The translations under genes were made by a program, and so were the position numbers. Positions 12,689-27,600 of a DNA stretch of 64,000 bases are shown here, one piece after another (positions within the stretch are counted from its first letter, which is position 1; each line of letters opens with the position of its first letter). The stretch is from Chlorokybus atmophyticus (taxonomy: Eukaryota; Plantae; Mesostigma and Chlorokybus algae): positions 645,378 through 709,377 of the forward strand of contig RHPI01002069.1 in NCBI GenBank assembly GCA_009103225.1, in the 5' to 3' direction. The notes under the pieces are model-generated. The model was not told the DNA's origin. It ran no database searches and saw only the letters and a program-made list of their open reading frames with translations.

Positions 12689-15600
12689 CTACAACAGCGG
12701 ACCGTAAGCCTTGTCATCTGGAGGTTTCGCATGACTTCGGACGGCCAGGAACGCCTGGGGCTCCCCATCAACCGGCCATAGACTCACTCGCCATATCGCT
12801 GTGTTGCCATGGTCCCTCCAGATGGGGGAATTGAACAAGGCACTGCGATAGGTCTTGTCGCTGCGAATGCACCAAACGACATCCCGGGATGGCCGTTCGT
12901 AAGCACCAACTGCCACGCAACCTATCGCAACATAACCTGCAGGAGGCACAGGCTCCCAAATGGTGACCGGCTCATCACAACCTAGGCCATTGTCTCGCCA
13001 GATCTGCCGCAGTGCAAAATGCAAACAGCAGCACGTGTCAAATAAGGGATCTGACACAAATACGTTCGTAACCGACTGAACCTCAGGCTCTCTTACCAGT
13101 TCAAAATCCACAGGTCTCGCGAAGGCGCCATCGTCAGTGTGCAGATACACCATGACTTTTTCCGGCGGTTGGTAACCGTGTCGCACCACATCTCCCACCA
13201 ACACGTAACTGTGAGCAAATGGCTTTCAGATACCATGTCAGCCAAGTTGGCAAATTAACTTGGAACAGTGCTGCAGAGCCAGCAGCAACTCACCCTTCAG
13301 GGCAGACAGGTCTCCAGATTGAAACACTATACTCCCTGGCGTTAGAAACGCCCTGCGCCACAAAGGGTTGGAAACAGTGGCAAATCCTTGCAGCGAACAT
13401 GTGTTGGAAAGCATGAGATACCCTGTCGTTCCAGACTTCTTGGAACTGGGTACACTCGACAGCGTTGGGGCGGACATCTGTGTGCCCTGGCGTATACTCC
13501 AGCTGCAGTTGTTGTTCTGCGAACACGAGCGTTGCCACACAAAAAGTTGCTTGGTAAGTCGCATACGGTGCAGACAAACTGCCAAGTTACACAGAGCTGC
13601 ATTGTACCTTGTCTTGTCGGTTGCCTCTTGATAGGGTATGCCATTGGTCGCAGCTTGGCTTTGAGCTTCTTTTGCAAGCTTTTGCCCTTGGAGTCGTGGA
13701 GAAACCCGGATGATGCACCCATGATGCCGCCAACAGTAGCAAAGAGTGGAATAGTGATGGGAGCAAGGGGAAGCCCGAGAGTGCCAATGACGGCACCTGC
13801 AGCACAGTGTTGCTGCATACACGTGTACTCGTCCCGCATGCTTGTTGCGGTTGTGATTGGTGCGTAAAACTCGACATCAACACCAACACTACAACGTTAG
13901 CAACTTGCATGTATCTACAGTGATGGTTCACCTGCAGCAATTCCTACACCAATTCGACTCAGATCTGGACCATCATATGTTTTGGTTGCCTGTCCCAGGC
14001 CATACTTCTCCAGAGCGTAGTGGATTTTGGCCCGCAACTCGGGCACCTGTATCATGAAAATGACAGCAGTGTGTCAAAGTCCAGCCGACATGACAGCAAC
14101 CACCACGCAGTCCTCACCTGGTTTGGAGTCTCGAAGCACTTGATCACACGCATGATCTCATGTTTGTCAAATACGCGCTTGTCCCTTGCCCTTGTCTTCA
14201 AGTGCAGCACAAGGCGCGAGGGCGTAGCTGCTGGTGCTTGCGTCTTGGCTCTGCGATGGCCACTGCTGTTGTAGAAATGCTCAGTAAGCAACAACAGAGC
14301 TTCTGTGGGAGTGCTGTACCTCTCTTCTTCTGTTGCCAACAAGTCACCCCACATAACATCCCACAGCACTGCAGCAGCATCACTACCGGGATCGCGCTCA
14401 TTGCCCATTAGAGACATATTGGAGAGAAGCATGACTCTGGCGTTAGTTATGAGCACCACTCTGTTCTTGGGTACGTCCACATGCCATTCATACTTGTCGT
14501 CGACATACTGGAAACATTGGTGTCATCAGATTCAAAAGCGATGGGCCAGGACACACTGTCACAGCACGAAGCAGCAACACATACCTTGCCCTTCTCCTTG
14601 AATATGTCGTACTGTCCAAAGTACGTCCCTCGTTTGGCGTGCCACAGCATCATTTGACCCAGAGCCATATACTGATTGTACGGCCTCAGCACGCCATCGC
14701 CGCTGATGGCACGCGGATACCGGCTCCGCTCAAGTTCTTTTTCATTCGTAAAGAATCCGCCAACATCGCTGATAGTGGCATTGACTCCAGCTGTTGTCTT
14801 CGACGCCAGATCCAGCAACCCTGTCATGAGTTACAGTAGTCATTGAGAATACCTGTACATTTGAAGCAAGAGAGAGCTTGTAATGCATAAAACGGAACAG
14901 AGGTGATACCTGTAACAGGTTGGGCACCAAGTCCAAGTACCCCTTTCGCCATGCCTTCAACAAAGCCTGAGACTCCCTTTTCAACGGCGCCTTCAACTGG
15001 TTTTGTCACTACACCAGTCACACCACGGAAGATGCTCTTCACAAAAGCTTCGGATCCTTGGAGCAGCCCATCACCGATATGATCCACCTAAAAACACAAT
15101 GTAGCAGGTAATGTTGGCAAAGGTACCACGTTGGCACAGTAACTACATTTTGTTATCCAAACTGCAAACATATACCTGTTGATTTTTCTCCTTGATGATG
15201 CGCTCCCTAATGTACTTCTTATCCAGCGACAACTGTGCAACTTGATGACCGACAGTGCCGATGAAGTTCTCGACATTGGTCAACACATCTATGCCGCGGA
15301 CAAGTCGCAGTGCCTGGCTGAGAATCTGGGGTGCACATAGGATGCAGGAAGATCAGCAACAGGCTACTTTATATACAAGCATGCACTGCGATCCTGGGTT
15401 CATGCAGAGAGTTGCAGCCCACCTGCTTGCTGACAGCTGATGTAGCCGCATTCGGCAGTGCACCCTGCCGGATAACAAGATGCTCCTGGGTGGTGCCGCG
15501 AACTTTCAATGTCAGCCCGTTAATGTTGCCAAACGAATTAGCAACAGCAGCCCAAACGCCTAGTTTTCCATGTGGTCGATGGGCAGGGGCAGTGATGAAA

Positions 15601-18600
15601 GTGAGGTTGGCGCGAAGGCCGCGCTCAAGCACGCTTAGCAGGTTGATCTTGATGATGGGGTCCGATGCAGCTGTTGTGGCTGAGGGTTGCTCGAAACCAG
15701 CACGTGCATTTCGTGAAAAATCTTCAGCGACCTTGTTTACATATTCATACAGTCGCCAAACGACAGGCTCATGGATGCTGACACGTAGCTGGTCACCCTG
15801 ACAGTTGATCCCTAGGTAGGTCCAGATGCGCCGCGAGTCCATGTTTGAAGGCTCTGTCTGTAATGTAAACTTGCAAAAGTTCTGCACACATGGGATGTAA
15901 GTGCAGTGCAACATTAAACATAACTACCAGCAATGGGTCTTGTACCTGATCAGCCTTCAAGATGGGTGTTACCATAACAGGCAGAATGGTGTGCGACAGC
16001 TGGTTGTCAACCTGAAGTTTCTTAAGTCGAATCTTCGTTCTGCGGGGCAGAGCCATGAGCACCAACCCTGTTCATTGCTTGAGGGACGCACGTGCCTACC
16101 ATGTACCTTGTGCCTTCAAGGCCACCGGCTGATGTGTAAGAAATAAACAGGCCTTCCATCAAGATGTACACTATCTCCGCAGGCTCCTGATCGACCAAGG
16201 AAATACCAAAAGAAGCCATCTCCAAATGAAGTTCAAACTTGTCCTGCGGCCAGCAGGACGCTTAGTATACTCCATCAAGTATGCCCTCATCGCAAAACAC
16301 AGCCACGAACACACAAACTCAACATTGAACCTAACAACACCAAAGTATGCGCGCGCATGGGCGCGCGTGTGTGTGTGGGTGGGGGGGGGGGGGGGGGGGG
16401 GGGGNNNNNNNNNNNNNNNNNNNNNNNNNNNNNNNNNNNNNNNNNNNNNNNNNNNNNNNNNNNNNNNNNNNNNNNNNNNNNNNNNNNNNNNNNNNNNNNN
16501 NNNNNNNNNNNNNNNNNNNNNNNNNNNNNNNNNNNNNNNNNNNNNNNGGGGGGGGGTGGGGGGGGGTGGGTTTGCTCACACGCCAAGAGGAGATCGGGAC
16601 CAAGTGTCAGTGGCATCTCACTAGCACAACTCACACTTGCGGTGATTTGCTCAGTGACTAGGCGCATAGACGGTTCGGACTGCAGCATCCCATCTGGTTT
16701 CCAGTCCTCAACCCACAATATGGTGGTTTGCGCATCCCTAGTCAAATTGACAGGTGACAAGATCAGACCAAGACACGGACGCGTGGCCAAGGATACATGC
16801 ATACTGCTATAATTACCAGGTGTACCTGAAAACCGACACATAAACATTCACATCCGCAGCAGGCCCCCAGGGGCCTTGGCAAAGTTGTTTTTCTTGATTC
16901 TTCAATATGCGACTGGGGTTGATAACTGTAGCTCGGCCCAAATCGAGAACGCCACCAGACAACTCCAATTCTCGTGGAGCCTACAGAGTACGCCGCCAAT
17001 TGCCATAGTTGTCAGCTACACAGGCAACCATAAATGTGTACAAAGCAGCAAAAAGTTGCCGCAAAACAACTCACCTGCAAGCTTTCCCAAGCAAATGCTG
17101 CTGAGCTGAGCGTCGGAATGGTCTGCCACTGCAGGCCGGGAACCCCGGCCTGCCTCAATTGAAGGGGTATAGACGAGCGGTTTTCAATCCTGCACAAAAG
17201 TCCCACTGTTGACACTGTCTCCAGTAAGGAGCCTAGCGCGAACTGCAACACCTGCTTACCGATACGGGGGTCTGACATCAGCAGCACGGAAAACTATTCT
17301 CATGCGCTGCGAGGATGATTCGCGCGCCATCTGCACCCTCATCACATGCATGGGCGCAATACCGTTGGCACCAGAGATGGTGCGGCGCAGCAGGATGTAT
17401 TCTTCTCCCACACCCAAAGGAAATGGCCGACTCCAATTTGTGCCATCCATGCGAACCTGTGTGTGCCAATCACCTCTGATCAGTATTGCCTTGACGTAAG
17501 TTGATTACTATAACGGCCTCCACTGCTCTAGATGCCAACAAGTTGGGTATTACCTGCAACAGCTCTTGACTGTGTATGGAGCTCCAATGAAAGGGAGTGT
17601 GCACATCAGAAGGCTCAAGCGCTAGCTCATTGTTGGTCTCGTACTGCCGCAGGTAAAGTTGCCGACCACTTCTGTTGGAAACCTCCATGCTTGCAACAAT
17701 CTTGACAATCTTAGTGCGTTGAAATGCTTCAGCTCCAAGCTGCTCAGCTCACAAGAGAGGTTGATCGACCAAACAGTCAAAAATACAAGCTGATTAATGC
17801 AGCACCCATTGCCAGCAGCACGATGTTGCAGTTCCAGATGGCGCCATCAGCCACATACCTCTAACTTGACGGTCAGTTTGTAGCCATGGCCCTTTTCATC
17901 AGCTAGCTGAACTTGCCAGGATGCGACCTCATCCTCAAGCACAATAGCGTCCGAGAAAGAACCAAGTCCCAGGGAGTCAACGAGGGCAACCTGCAAGCTA
18001 ACAAGATCCTGACTGTGGGTTGTGGTGAACAAGAGCGGTTGAGGCTCCAGGCCTGGCAGAACTTGCAGCGCATTCTTGGGTCTATCTGTGCTTGGGGTGC
18101 TGGGTCCTGCGTTCAGCTCTTCAGCGGTCAAGCTGTTGGAAGGGTCACGATCAGTGCTGCTCCGCCTCCATGTCCTTTTCGATGGTATGAACCGTGAGGG
18201 TCCATCTTTGGGACTCGGACTGTCTTGATGTATGGTTGTCAAACGATAACCTAATTGCAGTGCTGACTCGTTGCTGAACCAGTAGGGAACGTATATGCGG
18301 GCCATCTTGGGGGCCAGCAGCTCTGAGCCCCAGTCATGCTCTACGCACACCCGCAACTTGCGACCGTTGCGTTGCACAACATGAAAGTGATTTGGCAAGC
18401 GTGTCGTCAAAGGATCAGGCGTGCAGATAAGCACCTGCAAGTTACAACCTATATTGTTAGATACGGATGACCAATGAATACACGGGAATAAGTGACAACA
18501 GTCGGGCACCTAGAATGCATCAACCTGCTTGTCATCGTTGGCCATTTGCCACGTCTCGGGGTCAAATGTCAGATACACAGGGCGTCTGATGTCCACTGTG

Positions 18601-21600
18601 TAACACTGCACAGTTTGTCCCGATGCAACTGAGCCCGTCTGGCAGACAACTGTTTGACCACCTTTCCTTCGTTCCCATATGATGTACTGAGCGCGGCAAG
18701 GTAGCAGGTTCTCAATGGAAAAGGGGGCATGCACAGTCATCTCTGTATCATACTCGGACAAGTTCATCGCCACAACAGGATGCTTCCGGACATAAGTGCA
18801 GAGATACAGCGAGTCTGAAGGTATGCCGACAGTGCTCCCAGAACCTGACCCTGCACGTCACAGCGCAGTGAGACGCAGTTGCTGGCACGCATAGCTTGTA
18901 AAGCAGCTTGCCACAACTGAACCTACCAACTGTTGCCCGACATTCAAGAAGCTTGTGTGTCTCACTGAGACTCGCAATGGCAAAGCTATCCTGGCCAGTG
19001 ACATCCACGCCCCAGCCGGTCAAGTGTGCGCTGTCAAGTTGTGGGCGAAGTTGCACGCACATATCCTTGCCCTGTTCCACCAGATCCAGCGGCAGGTAGT
19101 ATGTGTCACCAGGAGGCACCTGTAGCACTGAGCTACGTCGCCATCTTGCCTGCGCTGATGGGACTCTACGACGTTCTCGCACCCAGCGCCTTCTGCGCAC
19201 AAAGTCCAGGATACCCTTCTTGCGTGCGGATTCTGAAGGAGGATATCTCAGCTTGGGAAAGTCAGAAGCATAACACCAGCCCTCCTTGTCGACGTGTCCA
19301 GTCGTTTCCACACGCCACTCAGAAGTCCATGACCAATCCTCTGGCAAAGGAGGCTCAACAAACTCCTGTACATGGCAGGTGGTCATGTATGCTATAAGGT
19401 TGCATAGCAAGCGCACAAAGCTTACGTCTCCAGCGACATGTAACTAACCTCACTGGAGTGAGAGCCATCCCGCCAACTCCAATGCTTGCGATCAGTTGGA
19501 AGAAAATGACCTTTGCTACCCCAGCCTTTGATGGGTATATACCGCTGGTTTTCAAACACCTCTTCGACCACTTCACGCTTTGTATCCTCCAGCTCAACTG
19601 CTGTGCCGTCTAGGTACACATCTGAAGGATAGCCCAATGGGCAGGAGGACACTCCCAACGATACGTCTGTATCATTGACAACTCTTACAAGACTCCTAAA
19701 TGTCAATTGCTTTCGTCCCTCAGAGAACCGCACGTCATATGCAGCCTGCACAGCAAAGAAGTATGTGCACACAACGTGCCAACTGCAGACGGGCAACAAC
19801 CAATGGGATGCAAGATGGAACCTCAAGGCAAAATGATTGACACATTACAGTAGCATTGCCTCCAGGTAGCCTGATCCTCAGCAACGTGCAGCACAACTTG
19901 CCTGACTTCCGTTAAGAGAGACGGGCAGTGTGCCAATAGTTGTGATGACCTGCACACTCTCCCACGGACCATTTGGAGTTTTTGAGAACTGTGCACGACT
20001 CCATATGCGAGTTGAATCTTCCTTCTCTAATCTTGATACATTGGCATCCCTACCAGCCTTTTCTGTGAAGGTCCACAAGCCAACCAGCAGTTCCATTTGA
20101 CCAGAACCAGCATGCAATGAGCTGTAGTATTTTTGTAACGTCGGTGCAGGTCCTGCACCGGACTCGCCTATGACACTCGGCATAGGCGATGCATTGTCAA
20201 GCATGGGACCTGCACTCTCAAGTGTAAACCAAGCTTCAAATACTTTGCGCTTGAGACGTGTTCCGGTGGCTGCCTCAGAAGAGGCTGCTGCTAGCCATTG
20301 TTGCGCAGGTGGTCCAGACAGTGGGATTGCAACCTCTCCCACAGGCACGCCCTTGCCTTGGCTGGCCGCCTGATCAATCAGCAAAATGGAAAGCGCAGGC
20401 TCTCCACTTGGTATCTCAAAGATGTACTCTTCCTGCCACTGCACAACGTCTGCTGTTCCTTGCCGCTTTGCAAAAGCTGCTCGTGTTCGAGCAGTCTGGA
20501 TGATACTGTTCGGGCTTGGCGTTTCCGGAGTAAGAATCTGTAAACTGCAGATGTACTCGCTGCGAACAAGTGGGCTCCCAGCTGGCAGGTTCTGCAGAAA
20601 CGGTAGCATGAGAGCCTGCTAATCCAGCACCAGCTGTGCTGCTTGTGGCGTTACAAAAGTCTTGACAAGTACATTTGCACAGCCACTGTGAGCTTACCCG
20701 TGCTTGCAGTATACGGACTCCAATGAACGTACGAGGTGGTCGCTGCACACCTCCAGCCATTCCTCTTAAAAATGCAGCACTCAACCGAGGAGGAGGGACA
20801 TGCAGGACCAATCTTCTGCTGACTGGCACCTCCGTAATCTCAACCCCCCGTTGATCATGTTCAACTCTTACAAATACTGACATACCCAACTGATTCTCAA
20901 CTTGTAAACCTGCTTCTTGCAGTTCTTCATGCTCTTCGAGTGCTTGAGGCTCAACATCATCCTCATCAATAACATCAACATCCACATCCTCTGTGCTACG
21001 GCGTGATGCAGTTGCTGTTGTAGCTGATCTGGTAGACATTGTTGGCTGTCCATTTTCGTCGACTGGTGCACTGGCAGCAGGGGTGAGCAACAATCGCTGA
21101 AGCAGTCATGACCACATGTTAATCACATGGTTACGCAAGTTATGCCAGTACAGCAGCATGAGATTCACCTGCAATCCAATGGAAATGCGCGCCAAGGAGT
21201 CTGTTGCTGCAGTAGCAATGGTGACGTTCATGTCAGTAGTCGTGGTGATGCTGAGCATGGTGCCCATCATATGACGACTATCCGCTGCGCTGCTTGCATA
21301 TTGATACTTGATGATAGTTCCAGTTGTCTCCAGTACGGGTTCCCAAACAGTCAAGCGCTGATTGTACGATGACATAGTGAAGTCAGTCACAAGCAGCGCC
21401 GTCAGTTGCTCTGGTCGACCCCGAGCCCTAGCTTCCAAGGCTGTGATTGATAACTCCGCCAACGGTGTCAGGATAGCGCCTGCGGTGCCATCAAAAATGC
21501 CAATGGACACGCGCCCAATGCTCACATCAACCGCGACAGTGTCGGGAAGCTCTGGTCGAAGCAATCCACCAATATTAAGAGCTTGGCGCTGCAAGTGCAA

Positions 21601-24600
21601 GAGATAAGTGCACAGCCTCCAATAAAAAACGCAAACACGCTCAGTTGCGAGAAAAACCACTGGTACTAGTGACAGCAATATTGCAATGGCCTTGCTGTTA
21701 TATGACAAACTTCAACAAGAAACGCACTTGTGACGGCCTGCTGGCTTTGGTATGAGCTATAAATGTGTGCGGCTCGTTATGAACACGCCACACGCTGAAT
21801 GTGAATTTGTCAGATACTTCCCACACACTGTTGGAGTCGAACTGGCTTGGCTCCACCAGGTCTATTCGCAGGCAACTAACAGCCTCCAAAGAAGGCGGTT
21901 GAGGTCCTCGTGATGCGATGCAGCCAAGTGTTGCATAACCCGGTGGAGCAACAGGCAACCAGATTGACAGATCTTCTCTGTTTGAGCTCCCTGGCAAGTT
22001 GCGCACGTAATCATTGGGTGCAATCAATGTTGCATGTGTGTTGAGCAAGCACGGTTTGAACCAAGCGCATAACCACAAGTGTGCCAACCTGTATCCCGCC
22101 ATATAAGCTCAAAGCGCACTGGGCTTTTCAGCTTCCCAGTGTCATCATTAAACATCACCAACACTTCACTAGGCGGTTCATGTCTGTGATGTACCGCACA
22201 TCAGTGTCAGAGAGAATGATTAGCCAAGATTTCATGTAGGCTCACTTATGTAGGATGCACTACCAGACAAACCTCCATCATACTTGAAATCAAGGAACCA
22301 GAACGCATGTGATGCTACACATGCATACATGTAGCTAAAGAAGCTTACCCCACATTGATGCAATCCCCAAGAATACGGTAGCCAGGAGGTGGCTGTGGGC
22401 GCCAGATTGACGCAGTCTGGCTTCTGTGCTTCCATCCTTTGTCCCACCAGATGCGCTGAAACCTGTCAAAAACAGAGTTGACATGTTGTACTGTGCACTG
22501 ATGTCCACACGTATTGCATACCTTGCACACGTGATGTAGCTCTTTGGCTGACGCATTGATGTTGCAGGAGAGACGTCTTGCAGCCTCCCTATTGTAGTTG
22601 GGTACCGTGCCAGCCGGGCATCTGAAATATTTTCAGCAACACTGCCTTCCAATTCTAGCGCTCGATCATTCAAGTCTACACGCACATGGGAAACTTATTA
22701 GAGGCCTGACATTGACAACTTGCTGACAACCCATGACGCCCTGGCGGATGTGACAATTTGCTCACTTGTTGCAGGCGAGTTTGTGCTGAAAGGCCGCAAG
22801 TCAAAGGCTGCATCTGTTGGCGGTGGTTGCTGTGCGGCTGCGGTAAAACCAACTGCGAACGCCTCAGCTGCAGAGGCAACAACAAAGGTGCCCATGCAGT
22901 TATCAACTCGCCATATGCTGCAGACCCCAGCCTCAAAGTACGGGCAGTCATTGAATGGAGCCTGCACACAGCAGCGCGACGCAATACACAGTACAAGCGA
23001 GTTGCTTGGTTGATGCTTGCCAGGAGTCACAATACAGCCAAGCGCTAAGAATCCGCGAGGAGCAATCGGAGCCCACATGGTATAATTGGGAGCATCCTCT
23101 GCCCCAACGCATGCCCATACCCTTCTGTATCCCACTGGATGAATGGTGTACACGCAAGTGCTGCTGAGAGCGTTTACTGCAAAAGATGGAGGTTCATACC
23201 TGCGCAAAACGCATTCAGTTTTCAGCGGTTATCCGGACCCTGCTCCAAGCCACGGCACAGCAGGCAGGGAAAAGTAACTTTACCCCCAATTTATGCAGTC
23301 GCCAGCAGGCGAGTAGCCCCAGGGTGCAATTGGACGCCACACAGAAATTTTCTGCTTTTGCCCACTGCCTGCATGTAAAGGCCAAATGCTATTGGCATGC
23401 TTGCCGGACATTGTCATGCCTGCACCTGACATCAAAGGCACGAACGGAAATGCAAGCGGGTTGCGCGAAGTCTTCATGCAACTGCCATACCTTCGTTTGA
23501 CCAGATGGGAGTGAAGTGATTGACTTTTGCAACTGCTTCTGTTGGTGGGGAGACCAGTGTGTGCTGCACATCACGAATAACTTGCAGAATGACATCCATC
23601 AGCTCAATGGAGGCCCGGAAGCACAAGTCGGTTACGGCAACCTTGGCTTTCTGTTGGAGGTTCTCGCTTTGCATTTCCACCATCAAGTCACAAGGGTCGA
23701 GAATGCTTTGCTGCTGTGTAGCAATGGTAAAACTTTTCACCGTACCCTGTACATAATGGTCTGTTCCCTTCTGTGAGTACCTGCAAATGGAGCGGTATCA
23801 AGCAATGGCGTGCAGGTTGTAGGAATGTACTTTCGAATTGATCAGAACCGGACGCACTCAATCTCAGCAGCTTGGCCTGCTGCCCAGCAAGGGCCGCAGC
23901 ATGACCTACCGCAGGTTGATGTCCATGAATGCTCGCACAAACTGTCGGGGGATGGTCATCACAGTTGATTGAGCTTCCTCTCCACCACCGACAAAGGTCA
24001 ACTCCGGAGATACTGCCTGCAATGTATATCAAGTCAGCAAAGCCTTACTTAGCAACTTTACACACTGCCATACTGGCATTATGAACATGCAACCAGTATG
24101 AATGGCAAAGCGCACCACAAAGCATGCAATCTTTAAGACACAGTACTGCTGGGATCGGTTTATGCGGCACAATCTGTTGAGCACTACACCACATGTAGGT
24201 CCAATTCAGAGCTCTGACATGCTTTGGTGATTATACCTGCAGCACTAGCGAGAACCCCGCAGGCTTCTCAGATTTCAGGGGCATTGCTTGCTTGGAATGG
24301 CTGCTAAAAACCTGCTGCGCTGTTGCAGTGGGTGCTGGTTGCTCATCTTCCAAAACAACACCATCCTCTGAGCGCAAGGATACTCTACTGTCGAACCCGA
24401 GCCGCAGAATGCTGTTGAATACGCTTGCATTCTGCAAAACATGACGAGGGTGTCACTGACAATGTGCGGTACCAGTATATGCATGACATGTTGCAAGTGC
24501 GACAGACTCTACGAGCTTAACACTAACGATGTTACTGTACTCTTGAGTGTAGATGGCAGTGTCAGGCTGACTGCATCACAAGAGGTCCCACGAACCACAG

Positions 24601-27600
24601 CAAACTAGCAGGCACAATAGCAATGAGATCGATTCACTGCTGTGCACTGCCCAACCTTGATGTGCACATTTTTAAACCGCAGCAATTGCTTGTCGCCAAC
24701 AATGATTAACGGAATGCCAAGTGAAGCCTGATCTGGTTGCGGGAGCCACAGATTGCCACCTTTGCCATCGTACTCCATGACCTGCAAGGTTGGGGTGTCC
24801 GCCAGCAAGCGCCTGTCAGCGCTCAGGGTCTCATCTCTGCCTGGCTGAGCATATGCGGATGAGGACAGCCGGATATCATCATGCTGTTTATGGTCCGTCA
24901 CTGCATCGGGATCAGGCAGGGAGTCCACAGTTGGCATGAAGAACTGACGAACACATCATATCAGATGATTGCCAGCAGTTGAACAGCAGCACAAGCGATA
25001 GCATACCTTGATGGTGCCGAGAAGAAAATCCACTGCGACCAAGAGCCTGGGCTTCTGAACACGGGCGATTATGGACTGATCACCCTGTTCAGCATGATAC
25101 TCCATCAAGACAGTAGTCAGTTGCGGTCGCCCATGAACATCGCTGAAGGATCTAAACGCTGCACTTGTAGTGCTTCGCAGGGCAGCTTTCTCTGGAAGAG
25201 GTGATGGCCACTCCATGTCGTCAGTAAATGACTCCTCGTCTCCAGGGTACACTCCACCAACCAATATTGTCCTCGCTTCAATAGGTGTTTGCTCACGTTT
25301 GTCCAGGATGCACAGCCTCGGCAGCGTGAGCATAATGTGCATTCCTTTGTCAGCAGTGCCCAAGTACACAAGCCACAGGCCTGTCACCTAACAGGCAGGC
25401 AGGATGATTAGCTCCACCCGGCAGCATCTGCTGCTCACATCAGCAGGTTATGGACAACGTCCACATGCATATGAGAAACAGAACCAGGTGTATGATACCC
25501 AAATACTAGTCATGCATGGCTACTGCTCGCAATGTTTCAGATTCAACTTACCCGCATAAGTCCCAAGGATGCCTGGCGAGTTCCTCCATTGTACAGGTGT
25601 AGCTGAACCTGGCTGATATTCACCGACACCCTTATGGCCGTTGATGGTGTTGGTAATGTTGTTGTTGGCGTCGCCGTCCCAAATACACTGGCATATGTCT
25701 CATCAACTTCAGGTGGTGTGCTTGCAGTCACTGATGACGTACGTCTGTGATGTGTTTTGTCCTTTGGTAAGCTGGCAGTTCGCGCTGGTGCTTGCTTGCA
25801 TTGTATTCTTGGAGGCTCAGCGAAATTGTCAGTCGCACATTGGATGATAGTGCGATACTCTCGATCGGACATGGCCGCAAGGAGCGTGGGCAACTGCAAA
25901 GTATCCACATTGATAAGCACAATCCGGTTATCATCAACAGATGCACCGCACGATGACAATCCAACCGCAAAGAGAACCATTGGTAAAACATGCCATTGTG
26001 GTTCTCTAGCACTCCTAGATCTGTAGGCAATGATGTCAGGCCAACCACAGGCAGCATGTACCTCAATCTCCACTTCGACTGGAGTCAGACGCTTGTGCAG
26101 GTCGCGGAGTACGCGGCGTACCGTGCAATTAATCACAGCGACCTGTTCTATTATAGGCTGCCCTCGCCAATCTCCAGCGACCATTACCGCATTGACACCG
26201 GACAACTGTCAAGCAAACATCTATTGCAGCAACTGTGATCACAACATGTGAGTAGAATGGTAGGGACAATAGACAACTTACTGTTATGTGCATGACATCA
26301 ATGTGCACTGCTAATTGCTGGGACTTCTGCCCTCCACGCCACTCAAATTGATTGGCCACCTCCAGCTTGCCAAGATCAAGTTCCATGCTTTCAGTGCTGT
26401 CTGTGCTCCGTGGTACTAATATCAGTGGTGTGGCGAGTGAAATATCGAGCTTGATGGCCGCAGCGCCCTGATAGCAAACAGGACATGTGCATAAGCGTAC
26501 ATGACTGCTATGCACCAAACCAGAAACTACAATTCCTCAAGGTGCGCCACGCGGTTTAGGTCGTATCGACTTGCTTGCTCTTCCATCAGGCAAGCATGTA
26601 CACAAGGTGGATACCTGCATCCTTGCAACCTCTGCCGCACTTTCTGCAATGGCAGCTGTTGCCGCGTCTATGGAATGTGCCGGGACAAGGAATTGCACGT
26701 ACTCGGTTATGTCCTGTATAAACCTATAGAGAAAAACTATCCGCACAGAAGACAGTTTGGCAGACAAGTGGGACTCATAACCAGCATAGTCGCTTTCTCC
26801 CTCGCGGAAGGTAGTGAAGGCTACATCAACAAAGGAAGATTCCAGGTCCTCTCGTAGATCACACAGCCATCTATGTGGGTGAGAGGACGGAACGCCCAAA
26901 TCGCATAAACGTAGATTGCCAAGGGTAGTCTGCACAGACATGGTGGTCGGGAACACCTGTAACCAATAGAGTTGGTACGCAGTGCAACCACCAGTTGCCA
27001 ATTGCACACGCAATGTCCTTGCATTCTGCATTCTTACCCGTAAGTCAAGACCCAACTTGTTCATCTCTCCCATAGTTTCCGGTGCACCATCATCTTTGTT
27101 CAGAAAGATGACAGCGCTCTCCATTGACAACAACAGACGAAACACAGTTCTTGATTTCCCTGAACCCCACACGCTGCCAGCTGGTGACTGATGCTCTGCC
27201 TGATTTGCTGCCTCCGGTTTCCTTTTGGCTTGCTCTGCGTTTTCAATGCCACCTTCTTCGACAAAATCGCCACTGTCCGAGATGTCAAGCCCCATGGCAA
27301 TCAACGCAGCAATGGTAGGAGGGTTGCAGAACAAGAAAATGCTCCCAAAGTTCATCACCAACTGCCCAAAACAAGCCCATGTCAGCTCTCCATGATCAAT
27401 GCGCAGCCTGTACAGTATGTTACACTGGCAGAAGCGACTGTAAGTCACCAAAGCACAAAGTCTCTTACACTGGAGTCGATGCCTTCGTAATCAGGAGACT
27501 GAGTATTCTTCTTGTCATATGCCAGATTTACCAGGTCACTATCTTCAGCAACTTCAGCTCCATTTGATTTGAATATATCCCCAAAAGCCTCCAGCAGCCT

